This document shows positions 1-12,655 of a DNA stretch of 64,000 bases, in pieces. The stretch comes from an uncultured Prevotella sp. (lineage in GTDB: Bacteria; Bacteroidota; Bacteroidia; Bacteroidales; Bacteroidaceae): positions 56,618-120,617 of the forward strand of contig CAMPYJ010000001.1 of NCBI GenBank assembly GCA_946998205.1, given 5' to 3'. A program made the translations under genes and the position numbers. The notes beneath the pieces were generated by a model. The model saw only the letters and a list, made by a program, of their open reading frames with translations, ran no database searches and was not told the origin of the DNA. Position 1 is the first letter of the stretch. Every line of letters starts with the position of its first letter.

Positions 1-223
1 TCATGCGCATTCCACTCAGGCTTTGTAGCTGTCGCATCGCTCGAACCGCTTTCAGCAGTTGAGACCGTCAAGAAACACAGGCAAACACTTTCTCATGCGG
101 TTCAATCCTTGCTTGAGGTTTTTTACGCTTCCTGATGCACCTACCGCTGAATGGTTACTTGATGCCGAAGGTTTCTTGAATGAGCCAAACGTGTGTGCGT
201 ACCGAATGACATGACTTGTTTCA

Positions 224-416
224 GGGCGGTTCTATAAATTAGCTTTGACAGATTGTGAGACTATTTTTGAGGTCAATTTGTTTGTGAGTGAAGGAGTATA
301 GCGAGCTATACGACTGAACGAACAAGCAAATTGAACCAAAAAGAGGCCACAAGATGACAAAACGTACAAAGGACGTCATAAAAAAAACTTTACGGTGGTA
401 ATTTATTGAACCGCCC
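224..416 (+). mobile_element. MITE-like element, short form (about 193 bp). Terminal inverted repeats GGGCGGTTCTATAAATTA...TAATTTATTGAACCGCCC, flanked by a TTCA target-site duplication.
   Basis: The 18-bp inverted repeats are read directly from the sequence. The same element recurs at least 12 times in the window. The spurious ORF 239..475 (GGSINYHRKVF peptide) lies inside it. Confidence 0.85.
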
Positions 417-547
417 TTCAGCCTGCGAAATGGCCGTTGGGTAAATAATCGCTTGGGTATGCCAACCATATCCAATAAATTGTCTATATTTGCAGGTGAA
501 AGAAAAACATTCTTTTTAATGAGTACTAATTAGATTTATTCTTTATT

Positions 548-3133
548 ATGACTTTACAATCTTTACACCAGTTTTTGGCTGTCGTCCTGCTGTTTGCAGC
601 AGGCTGTGGCGAAGCCCATGCGACGAACAAGGTAATCAACATCCAGAAGTCAACCGGCACCTGGACAAAGACCAACCCCGCAGGCGACTGGGCCGCGCAG
701 TGGACCAGCAACGACACCGACCCCATGCTCACCCTTTCCTGCGCTAAGAACAACATGGCCTACTACGACGGGCAGGAAGTGAAGCTCTTCACGGGCGATG
801 GCTCAGTGCGGTTCAGCGCCGACTATACCTTGGCCGTGACACCCGGATACGAAATCGTGAGCTACGAGTTCTCCTTCTCATCCGAGAACGCCGGACGGAA
901 GATTGTGGTGACACCACGGGGGGCTTCCCAACTGTCGTCGGACGATCCCGCGCAATGGCAAGCCGTGAAGGTGGCAGACATCCACGCTTCCGCCGCCACG
1001 TTCAACGTGAGACACGCCACGCAGACCGAGGCTGGATTCGCACGCCTGAAGAACGTACAGGTAACCGTGGCCAAGGTCTCTGATTCACAAGGCTTCCAGC
1101 CACTGTACATCACGCGTCCCGGCCAGCATCCCTATCGCATACCGGCCTTGGCTTGCGTGCACGACGGCACCTTGCTGGCCTTCTCCGACTACCGTCCGGG
1201 TGGTTCGGACATCGGTTATGGCGAGGTTGACATTCAGTTGCGGACTTCTGCCGACCATGGTGCCACATGGACTAAGGCACGTACCATTGCCAATGGAACA
1301 GGAACGGGCACCGGACTTGACTATGGCTTCGGCGACGCCGCCGTGGTAGCCGACCGCGAGAGCAATGACGTGCTCATGGTGTGCGTGGCAGGACACATTC
1401 CCTATCAAACGGCCAACTACCAAGAAGGACGCCCCCTGCCAATGGTGCGTTACCTCAGTACCGACGGAGGCGCAACTTGGGGAACTTATACCAACCTCAC
1501 AAGTCAGGTATACGGGCTTTTTGACGGAAGCCGGGGAGGTGCCGTGAAAAGCATGTTCGCCGGCTCGGGCAAACTGTGCCAGAGCAGTACGGTGAAGCAT
1601 GGCTCGCACTACCGCGTGTACTTACCCGTGTGTGCCCGTGACGGTGGCAACCGCGTGCTGTATTCAGACGACTTCGGGGCTACCTGGAAGGTTCTGGGAG
1701 GAAAAGACGCACGCCCCGCACCTGGTGGCGATGAGCCAAAGTGCGAGGAGCTGCCCGACGGACGGGTGCTGCTCTCAAGCCGCGTCAACGGTGGACGGCT
1801 GTTCAACTTTTACACCTATACTGACGAGGCGTCGGGTGAGGGCTCGTGGGACGCAGTGGCCAAGTCGGACGCTGCCAACAAAGGCACCTCGGCTGCGAAC
1901 AACTCATGCAACGGCGATATCATGATACTGCCCGTCAAGCGGAATGCTGACGGCAAACAGATGTTCCTGGCACTGCAAAGCGTACCGTTCGGACCGAACA
2001 GAACCAACGTGGGCATCTACTACAAGGCTTTGGAGAGCATAAACGACTACCAGACGCCCGAAGTCTTCGCACGCAACTGGACGGGAAAAAAGCAAATATC
2101 ACACATAGGTTCGGCTTACAGCACCATGGTGTGGCAAAAAGACAACAGGCTGGGATTCCTCTACGAGGAGGAAACCTACGGTGCAAGCTACACCAACGTG
2201 TACAAGGCCATGACGCTTGAGCAAATCACAGACAACGCCTTTAGCTACGATTCCACGGTGCCACGCCAAACCGAGACTGCCGACCCCATACAGCAAACAG
2301 ACCTGGGTACGGCTCATTACCTGCTGGGATTCAAAGGAGTGGGATACCCCAAAGCTGATGCCGAGAGCCGAACGAGACTGCAAAGCATTTACCAGACACC
2401 AGGCAAATACAACAAGAACCAACTGTATGCTGCCATCAAGAAATATGCGAACGACGCGAACGTGGAGCTGCCGGAAGACGGAATGCTGTACACCCTGAAA
2501 TTCATAGGAAAGGATAAACAAGCGTTCTTGCTTGACTATACCGATGGCAAAATTGCCACGCGGCCAATGACGACAGATGAGACCCCGGGTGCGTCGGCCA
2601 AATTCAAGGCGCATGTTCTGTCTAATGGGAAACTGGCTTTCGAGACCATGGATGGAAAGTACCTGAGCTATCCCACCAAGACGCCAGGCCCGAGCTGGCT
2701 CACCAACTTCAGCACCAGCGGTGTGACCGACGGACTGGATGAGGATGCCAACGCACTGGATTTGCAAAAAGCAGCCGAAGGCTCTCACATAGAGTCGTCG
2801 GGCATCCTTGACCTGTTTGGCAATTTTTTCATTCATTCCAAGCGCGGAAACCGCACCGACAATCAGCAGAAGGTGATGGGATACTGGGTGATGAACACGC
2901 AGGACAACACTTTCGACGGTGCGGGAGCCCCTTTCCTTACCAACAAGTTCACGTCGATGTTACGCATCGAGTACAAGGGAAAGCCTACGGGCATTCAGCA
3001 GGTGGACAGTGATGCCGCCAAGGACACGGTAGCAATCTACAATCTGTCGGGACAGCGCATGGATACGGACAGGCTGTCAGAACTGAAGCCTGGCGTTTAT
3101 ATTGTCAACGGCAGGAAAATGGTGGTGAGATAG
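548..3133 (+). CDS. nanH: Exo-alpha-sialidase (BNR/Asp-box family) with a T9SS C-terminal sorting domain.
   Basis: It has a signal peptide, the sialidase RIP motif (YRIPALA) and several Asp-box repeats (SADHGATW, STDGGATW, SDDFGATW). The C-terminus ...IYNLSGQRMD...KPGVYIVNGRKMVVR is a typical T9SS CTD. Confidence 0.85.
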   Translation: MTLQSLHQFLAVVLLFAAGCGEAHATNKVINIQKSTGTWTKTNPAGDWAAQWTSNDTDPMLTLSCAKNNMAYYDGQEVKLFTGDGSVRFSADYTLAVTPGYEIVSYEFSFSSENAGRKIVVTPRGASQLSSDDPAQWQAVKVADIHASAATFNVRHATQTEAGFARLKNVQVTVAKVSDSQGFQPLYITRPGQHPYRIPALACVHDGTLLAFSDYRPGGSDIGYGEVDIQLRTSADHGATWTKARTIANGTGTGTGLDYGFGDAAVVADRESNDVLMVCVAGHIPYQTANYQEGRPLPMVRYLSTDGGATWGTYTNLTSQVYGLFDGSRGGAVKSMFAGSGKLCQSSTVKHGSHYRVYLPVCARDGGNRVLYSDDFGATWKVLGGKDARPAPGGDEPKCEELPDGRVLLSSRVNGGRLFNFYTYTDEASGEGSWDAVAKSDAANKGTSAANNSCNGDIMILPVKRNADGKQMFLALQSVPFGPNRTNVGIYYKALESINDYQTPEVFARNWTGKKQISHIGSAYSTMVWQKDNRLGFLYEEETYGASYTNVYKAMTLEQITDNAFSYDSTVPRQTETADPIQQTDLGTAHYLLGFKGVGYPKADAESRTRLQSIYQTPGKYNKNQLYAAIKKYANDANVELPEDGMLYTLKFIGKDKQAFLLDYTDGKIATRPMTTDETPGASAKFKAHVLSNGKLAFETMDGKYLSYPTKTPGPSWLTNFSTSGVTDGLDEDANALDLQKAAEGSHIESSGILDLFGNFFIHSKRGNRTDNQQKVMGYWVMNTQDNTFDGAGAPFLTNKFTSMLRIEYKGKPTGIQQVDSDAAKDTVAIYNLSGQRMDTDRLSELKPGVYIVNGRKMVVR

Positions 3134-3440
3134 AATGCTTGCCCTACAACACAGGGATGCAGGAGCAACCAATCGGTATGTAATGACAGCGGATGTGCGA
3201 ACCAGCACGGATAGCTCATGGAAGGACAATGTTGTAGTACAACAAACGAAACTTTAAGTGTGAATAAGCAGGAACCGCTCCCATAGAGGTTCCTGCTCAT
3301 ACTTTCCTTTTCATGCAATCCTATTCCTCGTAATGTTGCACCAGCAGAACACCACCATGTTTCAGACTGCATGGTAAAGGAGTATAAACCCCTTGAATAT
3401 CCAGAATAAAGCCAGCCTGCAAAATGAGCCACACGCCCTC

Positions 3441-3493
3441 CAAAAAAAAGGGGGAGGCAAACATCACATTAAGTTTGCCCCCACCCTTTTTTT
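3441..3493. terminator. Bidirectional intrinsic terminator between the convergent sialidase and lipoprotein genes.
   Basis: A GC-rich hairpin (GGGGGAGGCAAAC / GTTTGCCCCCCACCC) is flanked by an A8 run upstream and a T7 run downstream. Confidence 0.6.
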
Positions 3494-3545
3494 AGAAGGT
3501 GTTTATCAGCAAGTGGTGCTTATATTTCCACTTGCCCCTTTATGC

Positions 3546-6254
3546 CTACTCCGCAATAGGCAATATACCACAACTGTTGTTAAATGCATTGCCTGCTCCA
3601 AGCACACTGGAGATGTCATCGGTAGAGGGTGATGATGGCGAGAACACCAAACCGCTTAAGTTCGCTTCTTTATTTACGCACGCTGCCCAATAGAGTCCAC
3701 GCTTTCCGGCATCCTCTACCTGTCCTGTCAGATTATTGCGACCTGCTGGTGCAAACAATAGATAGTAGTTCTGCAAATTTTTCTTTATCCACCTGCCAGC
3801 GTCCCAATCACCTTTGGTATAGCTTTTGTTATTGGTGAAAATAGGAATATAAGCCACTGGCAAAACCTTGTATCCTGCGGGGCATGGGTCGTAAATTGAC
3901 TTAACTGTATTTGTCCGATCGTGTTCCTTCAAGGTTATGTTGGTTGCCCAAAGCGAATAGGTTTCTCCGTTGTTGAATTCTGAATAGAGATGATCTCCCG
4001 TATAGAAAGTACCCGGATTTTGGATGAGATCTTGTATTCGCTTACCATCTACTGCGGCAGGTTCTATCTTGAATCCATCCACAGCAATATTAGGCATTGG
4101 GTCTTTTCTACCAAATTGATAAGAGGTGGTGTTTATTTCTCTGTAGTAAACAGGCTTTTGGATAATCTCTACCGTGGCGGTCTGTCCGTTGCTGTCGTTC
4201 TGCTTAATCTTTATTCTAATGTGCCTATCCTTTAATCTATTCGTTCCATCGCTGTTCTTGCTTTGCAGCCATTTTACGTATGCAAGTCCCAGCGGCTCTT
4301 TTGACAGCACATCTATCTTGTCCTCCCCTTTTCCCAATGTAGAAGTTTCCAATTTTTCTGTAGGTCTAAACCATAGATGCCACGACCACATGACAACGCC
4401 GTATTTGTCGGTTACTGCCACAACGGCATTACCATTCTTTATATTGCTTTTTTCAACGGTAAAGACAAGATTGTTTTCTTTTATCTCAAGATTGTTGCTT
4501 ACCTGTCCGCCGTCTTGCCAAATAATCTTGGCATTCGTACCACCTTCGATATTAGGTTTGCTTATCTCTTTTCCTTGATAGTCTTTATAGCACTTGCGAT
4601 CTTTGTTGTAAGCACTTTGATTGGGTTGACCGTTCTTGATGGCGTTGCCATAGACTAATGGAATGGCGTATGTGCCATAGGCGGAAACAATATAGCAGTT
4701 GGCGGTGTTTGCTTTCGCAGTTAAATCGTACCCCAAATCTTTCGTAGCCAGGTTGAATGGTTTTAGAGGAGAGCCGTGTCGATCATTTTTTTGTAACTTC
4801 TTGTTCCTGTCAGCCACTTCGTCAACAACATCCCAATTTACGGTTGCCGTCACCTTTTCACCCAAAGTAGTGGCAGAACCTGCACCAGATGCTTTATCCA
4901 GCTTGATAATTTTGTCAGCCTCTGAAGCATTGATAGCATTCCATTGCTTGCCGCCATCGGTAGACACTTCATATCCTTCAACTGTCCATTCCAATGGCGT
5001 GCCACCTGTTTTGTAGCTTGTAACGGTAAAGGGCACAGCTTCTGTCTTGGGTTGCGTCTTTGTGTCATAAGTCAACACCTTTCCGCCATTCACCGTGAGG
5101 TGATAGTCTTTAGCACCAATCTTGCGATAAAAGCTATAGGTTTTGGTCGTGCCAGGCTTCCAGTCTGCCTTTACTTTTCCTGTAATGGTTTTTCCTCCCA
5201 CATCAATCCTGATGGTAATTTTTCCTTCTTGTGGAATCATGAACATGGTGTTGAAGTCATTCGCTATATGCTCTGACGATCCTACGATGCACACATTGTT
5301 CTCGGTTCTGAACCCATATCGACTGTTGCTGTTTCCCAGCTCAAAAAAGGTAGAGTCATTGGAAAGTTCCCATGTGCCGAATTTGTTGCTCTCATCTGGT
5401 AGAATGTATGTTCCTTTCGCCTTGACGTTGGCAATGGTCACACTTGAGATATAGTCATCATGATTAACACCCAATACGTCTTTCCCTATTTTGAAGCGCA
5501 AGGCGGTAAGCGGATGTCTGAACGTCAGCTTTATCGGAGGACATTTCTTTTCCTTTTTGTTCTCTTGGCTGAGAGTTACCACATCTGACGTAGCGGTAAC
5601 AAAATCCAACTGCTGACCAACGACATTTTTTACCTCAAAGTCTATCTTTTTCTTGCCACCCTCTTCTCGCAGGCTACCTAATCCGCCCAAGTTGGGATCG
5701 TAGGGACCGTAGGCGAAAAACCTACCGCAAGGCTGGCTACCTTTCCATATCAGCGATCCGTCTATTGGCGATCCGTCTGCATTGAAAGTCTGGTCATTGA
5801 ATTTGCTGTCCATAGCTAAAGAACCAGAATTTGCGCCAAAGAAAGCTGTGGCTTTGAATTGCTTGCTCAGTGCTCCGTTTGTAACAAACACATGCTCACC
5901 GCGGGTCGTAGTTTGAACATCGTCTATTTCGGAGGGCAATCCGGGGGTTGTCTCTTCCACGATGGTTACAGTACTGCCGTCTGAGCAGTGGCCATCGAAC
6001 GTGCGTACGGTGATGTCTGATGGCTTCAGTCCCTGCATTTCCAGGTGCGTCGCCCGGCTTGTCATCGCCTTTGCCAACGCTTCATCGGCCGTGCGCGTGG
6101 CGTCTTGGATGTTGAATGTGACGTGCATGGCACCGCTTCCATTGTTTTCGGTGTTGTCGATAACATCAGCGCATGCCGTGGGCAGGAGCGTAAAAGCGAC
6201 TGCCAGCGCACAGCTCTCCACATATCTTTTGGTTGTTAGTGTCATTTTCTTCAT
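3546..6254 (-). CDS. Large cell-surface lipoprotein, possibly a fimbrillin-family (FimA/Mfa-like) tip or adhesin protein.
   Basis: It has a lipoprotein signal (LLPTAC). The N-terminal region with ...LTFRHPLTALRFKIGKDV... resembles the Bacteroidales fimbrillin fold. No T9SS CTD is present. The product assignment is weak. Confidence 0.35.
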   Translation of the reverse strand: MKKMTLTTKRYVESCALAVAFTLLPTACADVIDNTENNGSGAMHVTFNIQDATRTADEALAKAMTSRATHLEMQGLKPSDITVRTFDGHCSDGSTVTIVEETTPGLPSEIDDVQTTTRGEHVFVTNGALSKQFKATAFFGANSGSLAMDSKFNDQTFNADGSPIDGSLIWKGSQPCGRFFAYGPYDPNLGGLGSLREEGGKKKIDFEVKNVVGQQLDFVTATSDVVTLSQENKKEKKCPPIKLTFRHPLTALRFKIGKDVLGVNHDDYISSVTIANVKAKGTYILPDESNKFGTWELSNDSTFFELGNSNSRYGFRTENNVCIVGSSEHIANDFNTMFMIPQEGKITIRIDVGGKTITGKVKADWKPGTTKTYSFYRKIGAKDYHLTVNGGKVLTYDTKTQPKTEAVPFTVTSYKTGGTPLEWTVEGYEVSTDGGKQWNAINASEADKIIKLDKASGAGSATTLGEKVTATVNWDVVDEVADRNKKLQKNDRHGSPLKPFNLATKDLGYDLTAKANTANCYIVSAYGTYAIPLVYGNAIKNGQPNQSAYNKDRKCYKDYQGKEISKPNIEGGTNAKIIWQDGGQVSNNLEIKENNLVFTVEKSNIKNGNAVVAVTDKYGVVMWSWHLWFRPTEKLETSTLGKGEDKIDVLSKEPLGLAYVKWLQSKNSDGTNRLKDRHIRIKIKQNDSNGQTATVEIIQKPVYYREINTTSYQFGRKDPMPNIAVDGFKIEPAAVDGKRIQDLIQNPGTFYTGDHLYSEFNNGETYSLWATNITLKEHDRTNTVKSIYDPCPAGYKVLPVAYIPIFTNNKSYTKGDWDAGRWIKKNLQNYYLLFAPAGRNNLTGQVEDAGKRGLYWAACVNKEANLSGLVFSPSSPSTDDISSVLGAGNAFNNSCGILPIAE

Positions 6255-7269
6255 GATGTTGTTATGTTGTTTTAATAAGATGTTATACTTTGGCGGGTCG
6301 TCTAATTTATCTCCCAGTCTACCTCCTCTTCTCCAGCATCCTCACGTTTAACCTCATTGAGGTATAACATTTGTTCCCTACTCTTTAATGGAATCTCCGA
6401 AGCTGTCATAATAGACATTTTCTGCACCGAATGGATCACGGTGCATGAAGGTTTTATGTACTTTTTCCTCATAGCTGTAATTTTTAATGATTATTGGATA
6501 ATATTTTAGTAGAAAAAATGTCATGAATACGTTTCAAGAATTTGTGTATGAACACATCTCCCGCCTGTCACATACAGATGTTTACATAGTCTAAGGAGAC
6601 CCCTGCCGAGTTCTGTCATATCCTTGATTTTTCAAGTTTTTCTGTTACGGCTGTAAATTTACGGTGTTTTTGTTTATTCACAAATTATTTGCGTTTCTTT
6701 TTTTTTTTTGAATTTGTTAACTATCTGATAACGTCAAAAAAAACACCCGCCACACCCACCAACGAGAGCATGCGGCACTTTGTATTGAAAGACAGTGGGC
6801 CGTAAGAGACAGCCATGCCACACAGCTTGACAGCGTTACGCGCCAAAGAAAGATTCACAAGAGCGACACCAGGCCGCCACCATACGGTGACGCAGCCATG
6901 CGGAAAGGAAATCACATAACTTTAAAGCAACACTTTAAAATCATTGACTTTACTACATAAACTCAATGACTTTATCAACCAAACACATTGTGTTTGGCAT
7001 GCAATCTCCATGCTTTTGAAAGCCAGCATACTCTCAGACCCTTCACTCCCCCATCCGGTTGGCCATCCACTGCCTGATAAGCGGGAACAGACGGCGACTA
7101 TGAGCGGAGTCGTTGTTGAATGCGCGCAACTGTCGCCTGCCGCCAGTGACGCACGGTGAGCGGCAACGACAATCGGAAGAGAGAGACAGAAGAGAGAGAC
7201 GGAAGCGTCGCGTTCGCAAATCGTCGTTGGCACAAAGAACAGGATTGTTGTCGACGGTAAACCACCTTA

Positions 7270-7528
7270 GGGCGGTTCTATAAATTACCGCCGTAAAGTT
7301 TTTTTGTATGTTTGACAGTTTACGTTTTGTCATCTTGCGGTCTCTTTTTATATAAAACAGGCTGCGCCTCAACAATTCAAACAAGTTTGATTGTATTCGG
7401 CTTGCTCCGTTTTTGGTTCAATTTGTTTGTTCGTTCAGTCGTATAGCCCGCTATACTCCTTCACTCACAAACAAATTGACCACAAAAACAGCCTCGCAAT
7501 CTGACAAAGCTAATTTATAGAACCGCCC
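7270..7528 (-). mobile_element. MITE-like element, long form (about 259 bp), with a CTTA target-site duplication.
   Basis: It has the same inverted repeats plus a roughly 65-70 bp internal module (CGGAGCAAGCCGAATACAATCAAACTTGTTTGAATTGTTGAGGCGCAGCCTGTTTTATATAAAAAGAGTC). CTTA occurs on both flanks. Confidence 0.85.
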
Positions 7529-7592
7529 CTTATTAATATAGACGCTCCGTGCGGATGAAACAATTTGTGTGCCTGTTGCGTCAACATTGTAG

Positions 7593-9260
<1,668 letters not shown>

Positions 9261-9366
9261 AGAAAAAACGGTGCGCGTGTGGTGGCATATCGCAAAGACT
9301 GAACGGACTGACACATGATTAAAACTTGGCAAGATTTTTGCTGTGACAAAAGAAAAAACGTAAAAC

Positions 9367-9981
9367 ATGAAGAAAATGAGCAACAAGGATAAATGTAAGA
9401 ACCAAGCGGAAGAAACAAAACTCAAAAACCAAGAGGCAGCCGCAGACACACAGGACACGGCAGAGAGCGCGGCCAGCACCGAGACTTCGGAGAAGCAGAA
9501 AGAAGCTGAAGAGACGGAAGAAACAAAAGAAGACTCGCTCGCGAAGGTTCAAGCCGAGCTTGAAGAACTGAAAGACAAGTACCTGCGCACCATCGCAGAA
9601 TTTGAGAATTACAGAAAACGCACTCAAAAAGAGAAGGCTGAACTGATTTTCAATGGCGGTGAGAAAACGATTTCAGCCATCCTTCCCGTCCTTGACGACA
9701 TGGAAAGAGCGGTGGCGAATTCCGTCAACGCAGAGGACATCAAGTCACTGGAAGCAGGCTGGGAGCTGATTTTCAAAAAACTTCAAACCACGTTAGAAGG
9801 CATGGGAGTAAAGAAAATAGAAACAAAGGACAAAGACTTTGACGTAGATTTTCATGAAGCCATAGCCAGGGTTCCGGGCGTGGAAGAAGACAAGAAAGGG
9901 AAGGTAATAGACTGCGTGCAATCTGGATACACCCTAAACGAAAAGGTTATCAGACACGCCAAAGTGGCCGTAGGACAGTAA
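9367..9981 (+). CDS. grpE: Nucleotide exchange factor GrpE.
   Basis: It has an acidic N-terminus followed by the GrpE core (...YLRTIAEFENYRKR...), and sits directly upstream of dnaJ. Confidence 0.85.
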   Translation: MKKMSNKDKCKNQAEETKLKNQEAAADTQDTAESAASTETSEKQKEAEETEETKEDSLAKVQAELEELKDKYLRTIAEFENYRKRTQKEKAELIFNGGEKTISAILPVLDDMERAVANSVNAEDIKSLEAGWELIFKKLQTTLEGMGVKKIETKDKDFDVDFHEAIARVPGVEEDKKGKVIDCVQSGYTLNEKVIRHAKVAVGQ

Positions 9982-10025
9982 ATCAGGAACAATGTATATA
10001 AGAGAGTATATATAGGATTAAATAA

Positions 10026-11195
10026 ATGGCAAAACGTGATTACTATGAAGTGCTTGGCATTGACAAGAACGCTTCAGAAGACGAAATAAAGAAAGCTTAC
10101 CGAAAACTGGCTATCAAATATCACCCCGACCGCAATCCCGGCAGCAAGGAAGCTGAGGAGAAGTTCAAGGAAGCCGCCGAGGCCTATGACGTGCTGCACG
10201 ATCCGCAGAAGAGACAGCAGTACGATCAGTTTGGCTTCAACGCTCCAGGCGCGGGAGGATATGGAGGGTTCGGTGAAACCGGCGGATTCTCCATGGACGA
10301 CATTTTCTCCATGTTCGGCGATGTGTTCGGCGGACATGGAGGAGGCTTCAGAGGATTCGGCGGATTCAGCGGCGAGAGCAACAGGCAGCACCCCCAATAC
10401 AGAGGCTCGGATCTTAGGCTGAAAGTGAAGCTCTCGCTACAAGAAATCGCAACGGGAGTTACCAAAAAGTTCAAAGTGAAAAAGGACGTCACCTGCACGC
10501 ACTGCCATGGCAGCGGTGCGGAAAACGGAAGCGGGTCGGAAACCTGTCCTACCTGTCACGGAAGTGGCGTCGTCGTGAAGACGGTAAGAACCATGCTGGG
10601 CATGATGCAAACGCAAACAGAATGTCCAACCTGCCACGGCGAAGGCACCGTCATCAAAGACAAATGCCGCCTGTGTCACGGTACCGGAGTGGTGAAAGGC
10701 GAGGAAATCGTTGAGATTAAAATACCGGCAGGAGTGGCGGAAGGCATGGTGGTGAACGTACCGGGCAAGGGTAACGCGGGGCAGCGAAACGGCATAAGCG
10801 GAAATATCCAAGTATACATCGAGGAAGAAGAAAACGACACCTTCATACGCGACGGTCAGGATGTCATCTACAACCTGCTGCTCGACTTTCCTACCGCCGC
10901 CCTTGGCGGCGAGGTGGAGATACCCACACTGGAGGGAACGCGCGTCAGAATCAAGATTGACGCCGGCACGCAACCCGGAAAAGCACTGCGGCTCAGAGGA
11001 AAGGGACTGCCCGCCGTACAAGGATACGGCAGCGGAAGAGGCGACCTGGTGGTTCATGTCAGCGTCTTCGTGCCAAAGAGATTGACCCTTGAGGAAAAGA
11101 ACTTGCTGGAGAACTTGCGCGGCAAAGACAATTTCAAAGGCGACAACGCGACGAAGAACTCCATATTCAAGAAGTTCAGAAATTATTTTGATTGA
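10026..11195 (+). CDS. dnaJ: Molecular chaperone DnaJ.
   Basis: It has a J-domain (YHPDRNP), a G/F-rich linker, four CxxCxGxG zinc-finger repeats and the C-terminal domains. Confidence 0.95.
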   Translation: MAKRDYYEVLGIDKNASEDEIKKAYRKLAIKYHPDRNPGSKEAEEKFKEAAEAYDVLHDPQKRQQYDQFGFNAPGAGGYGGFGETGGFSMDDIFSMFGDVFGGHGGGFRGFGGFSGESNRQHPQYRGSDLRLKVKLSLQEIATGVTKKFKVKKDVTCTHCHGSGAENGSGSETCPTCHGSGVVVKTVRTMLGMMQTQTECPTCHGEGTVIKDKCRLCHGTGVVKGEEIVEIKIPAGVAEGMVVNVPGKGNAGQRNGISGNIQVYIEEEENDTFIRDGQDVIYNLLLDFPTAALGGEVEIPTLEGTRVRIKIDAGTQPGKALRLRGKGLPAVQGYGSGRGDLVVHVSVFVPKRLTLEEKNLLENLRGKDNFKGDNATKNSIFKKFRNYFD

Positions 11196-11204
11196 ATCAA
11201 ACCC

Positions 11205-11239
11205 GCAGTTGATGACCATCATCAACTGCATTTTTTTTC
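11205..11239 (+). terminator. Intrinsic terminator after dnaJ.
   Basis: The hairpin GCAGTTGATGA-ccatc-ATCAACTGC is followed by T8. It ends only about 8 bp before the folC start codon. Confidence 0.6.
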
Positions 11240-11246
11240 GTTTAAG

Positions 11247-12539
11247 ATGACGTATAAAGAAACGATTGATTATCTCTTTCAAGCCACACCGGTATTTGAA
11301 AACGTTGGAGCCTCAGCCTACAAAGAAGGATTGACGAACACCTTGGCGCTGGATGACCATTTTAAACACCCACACGAACAATACAAGACCATTCATGTAG
11401 CAGGCACCAACGGCAAGGGATCATGCTCGCATACGCTATCGTCGATTCTGCAGGCAGAAGGGTATAAAGTAGGACTTTACACCTCTCCTCACCTCATTGA
11501 CTTCAGGGAACGCATACGCGTCAACGGCAGATGCATCGACCAAGAGCGCGTGATCAGATTCGTTGAACAGGAAAGAAGTTTTTTTGAATCCCTTCACCCC
11601 TCATTCTTTGAACTGACGACAGCGTTGGCGTTTAAATATTTTGCAGAGCAAAAAGTGGATATCGCGGTTATAGAAGTGGGACTGGGAGGCAGGCTCGACT
11701 GCACCAACATCATCACACCCATCCTATCCATCATCACCAACATTAGTATGGACCACACTCAGTTTCTGGGGAACACGCTGCCATTAATCGCAAAAGAAAA
11801 AGCCGGCATCATCAAAGAACACATTCCTGTGGTGGTGGGTGAGACGACGACAGAAACAAAAACCGTGTTTGAAGAAGTTGCAGAACGGCGTGACGCTCCC
11901 ATTATTTTCGCTGAAGATAGCAATGAGATCATCACATCCATGTATGATAACGCCTCGCAAGAAAGAGTATATGACACGCAGTCGTTCGGAGAAATTCACG
12001 GAGACCTGATGGGTAACTATCAAGACAAAAACGCCAACACCGTCTTAAACGCAGTGAAAGTGCTGAAAGACTACGAACTCGTCAAGTTGTCTGACAACAG
12101 CATACGCCAAGGCTTCAAGCAGGTTTCGACAACCACGGGACTGATGGGAAGATGGCAATGCATTCAAAAGTCGCCCGCAACATACTGTGACACGGGACAC
12201 AACGTAGGAGGATGGACTTATCTGAGCCAGCAATTAGCACAACAAGATTGCGAGCAGATGAGAATCGTGTTCGGCATGGTGAATGACAAAGACCTGTCAA
12301 CGGTCATGAAAATGCTGCCGCGAAATGCACGATACTATTGGACACAACCATCATGCCGACGCGCTTTTCCCGTTGAAAAAGTTACACAAATCGGATGCGA
12401 AAACCACCTCAAAGGAGAATCGTTCCACACGGTGAGTGACGCATACCAAGCCGCCATGCATGACGCAGGCATGCGTGATTTCATTTTCATCGGTGGAAGT
12501 AGTTATGTGGTAGCCGATTTATTAACCTTTCTGAAATAA
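11247..12539 (+). CDS. folC: Bifunctional folylpolyglutamate synthase / dihydrofolate synthase.
   Basis: It has the Mur-ligase-type P-loop (AGTNGKGS) and the FolC family layout. Confidence 0.85.
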   Translation: MTYKETIDYLFQATPVFENVGASAYKEGLTNTLALDDHFKHPHEQYKTIHVAGTNGKGSCSHTLSSILQAEGYKVGLYTSPHLIDFRERIRVNGRCIDQERVIRFVEQERSFFESLHPSFFELTTALAFKYFAEQKVDIAVIEVGLGGRLDCTNIITPILSIITNISMDHTQFLGNTLPLIAKEKAGIIKEHIPVVVGETTTETKTVFEEVAERRDAPIIFAEDSNEIITSMYDNASQERVYDTQSFGEIHGDLMGNYQDKNANTVLNAVKVLKDYELVKLSDNSIRQGFKQVSTTTGLMGRWQCIQKSPATYCDTGHNVGGWTYLSQQLAQQDCEQMRIVFGMVNDKDLSTVMKMLPRNARYYWTQPSCRRAFPVEKVTQIGCENHLKGESFHTVSDAYQAAMHDAGMRDFIFIGGSSYVVADLLTFLK

Positions 12540-12655
12540 TGACTTTTTAATAGAATTTAACGCATAAGGGTGATGTTTTTTGGAACATAAGTTTGTCTCA
12601 TTCATTTTTTTTCAGTTACTTTGCACAAACATCAAATAACTAAAAGTTTATTTTT

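Noticed and set aside
224-300. A Bacteroides-type promoter motif (TTTG ... TAnnTTTG) lies within the MITE left arm (GCTTTGACAGATTGTGAGACTATTTTTGAGG).
   Set aside because: The -7-like TATTTTTG matches the consensus, but the spacing to the upstream TTTG is about 14 nt, not about 19-21. An outward or internal promoter is not supportable from sequence alone.
239-475. Several 60-80 aa ORFs share the peptide GGSINYHRKVF (239..475, 44692..44910, 47847..48029, 61255..61485, and 7043..7384 in part).
   Set aside because: They are artefacts of translating the repeated MITE. They have no consistent frame or start across copies and are bounded by the element, not by gene signals.
862-2836. Numerous antisense or out-of-frame ORFs lie inside large genes (e.g. 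1085..1609, 2099..2836, 31434..31820, 32346..33374, 51519..52757).
   Set aside because: They overlap high-confidence CDSs on the opposite strand or in another frame, and their products have no recognisable features. They are typical of GC-skewed coding regions.
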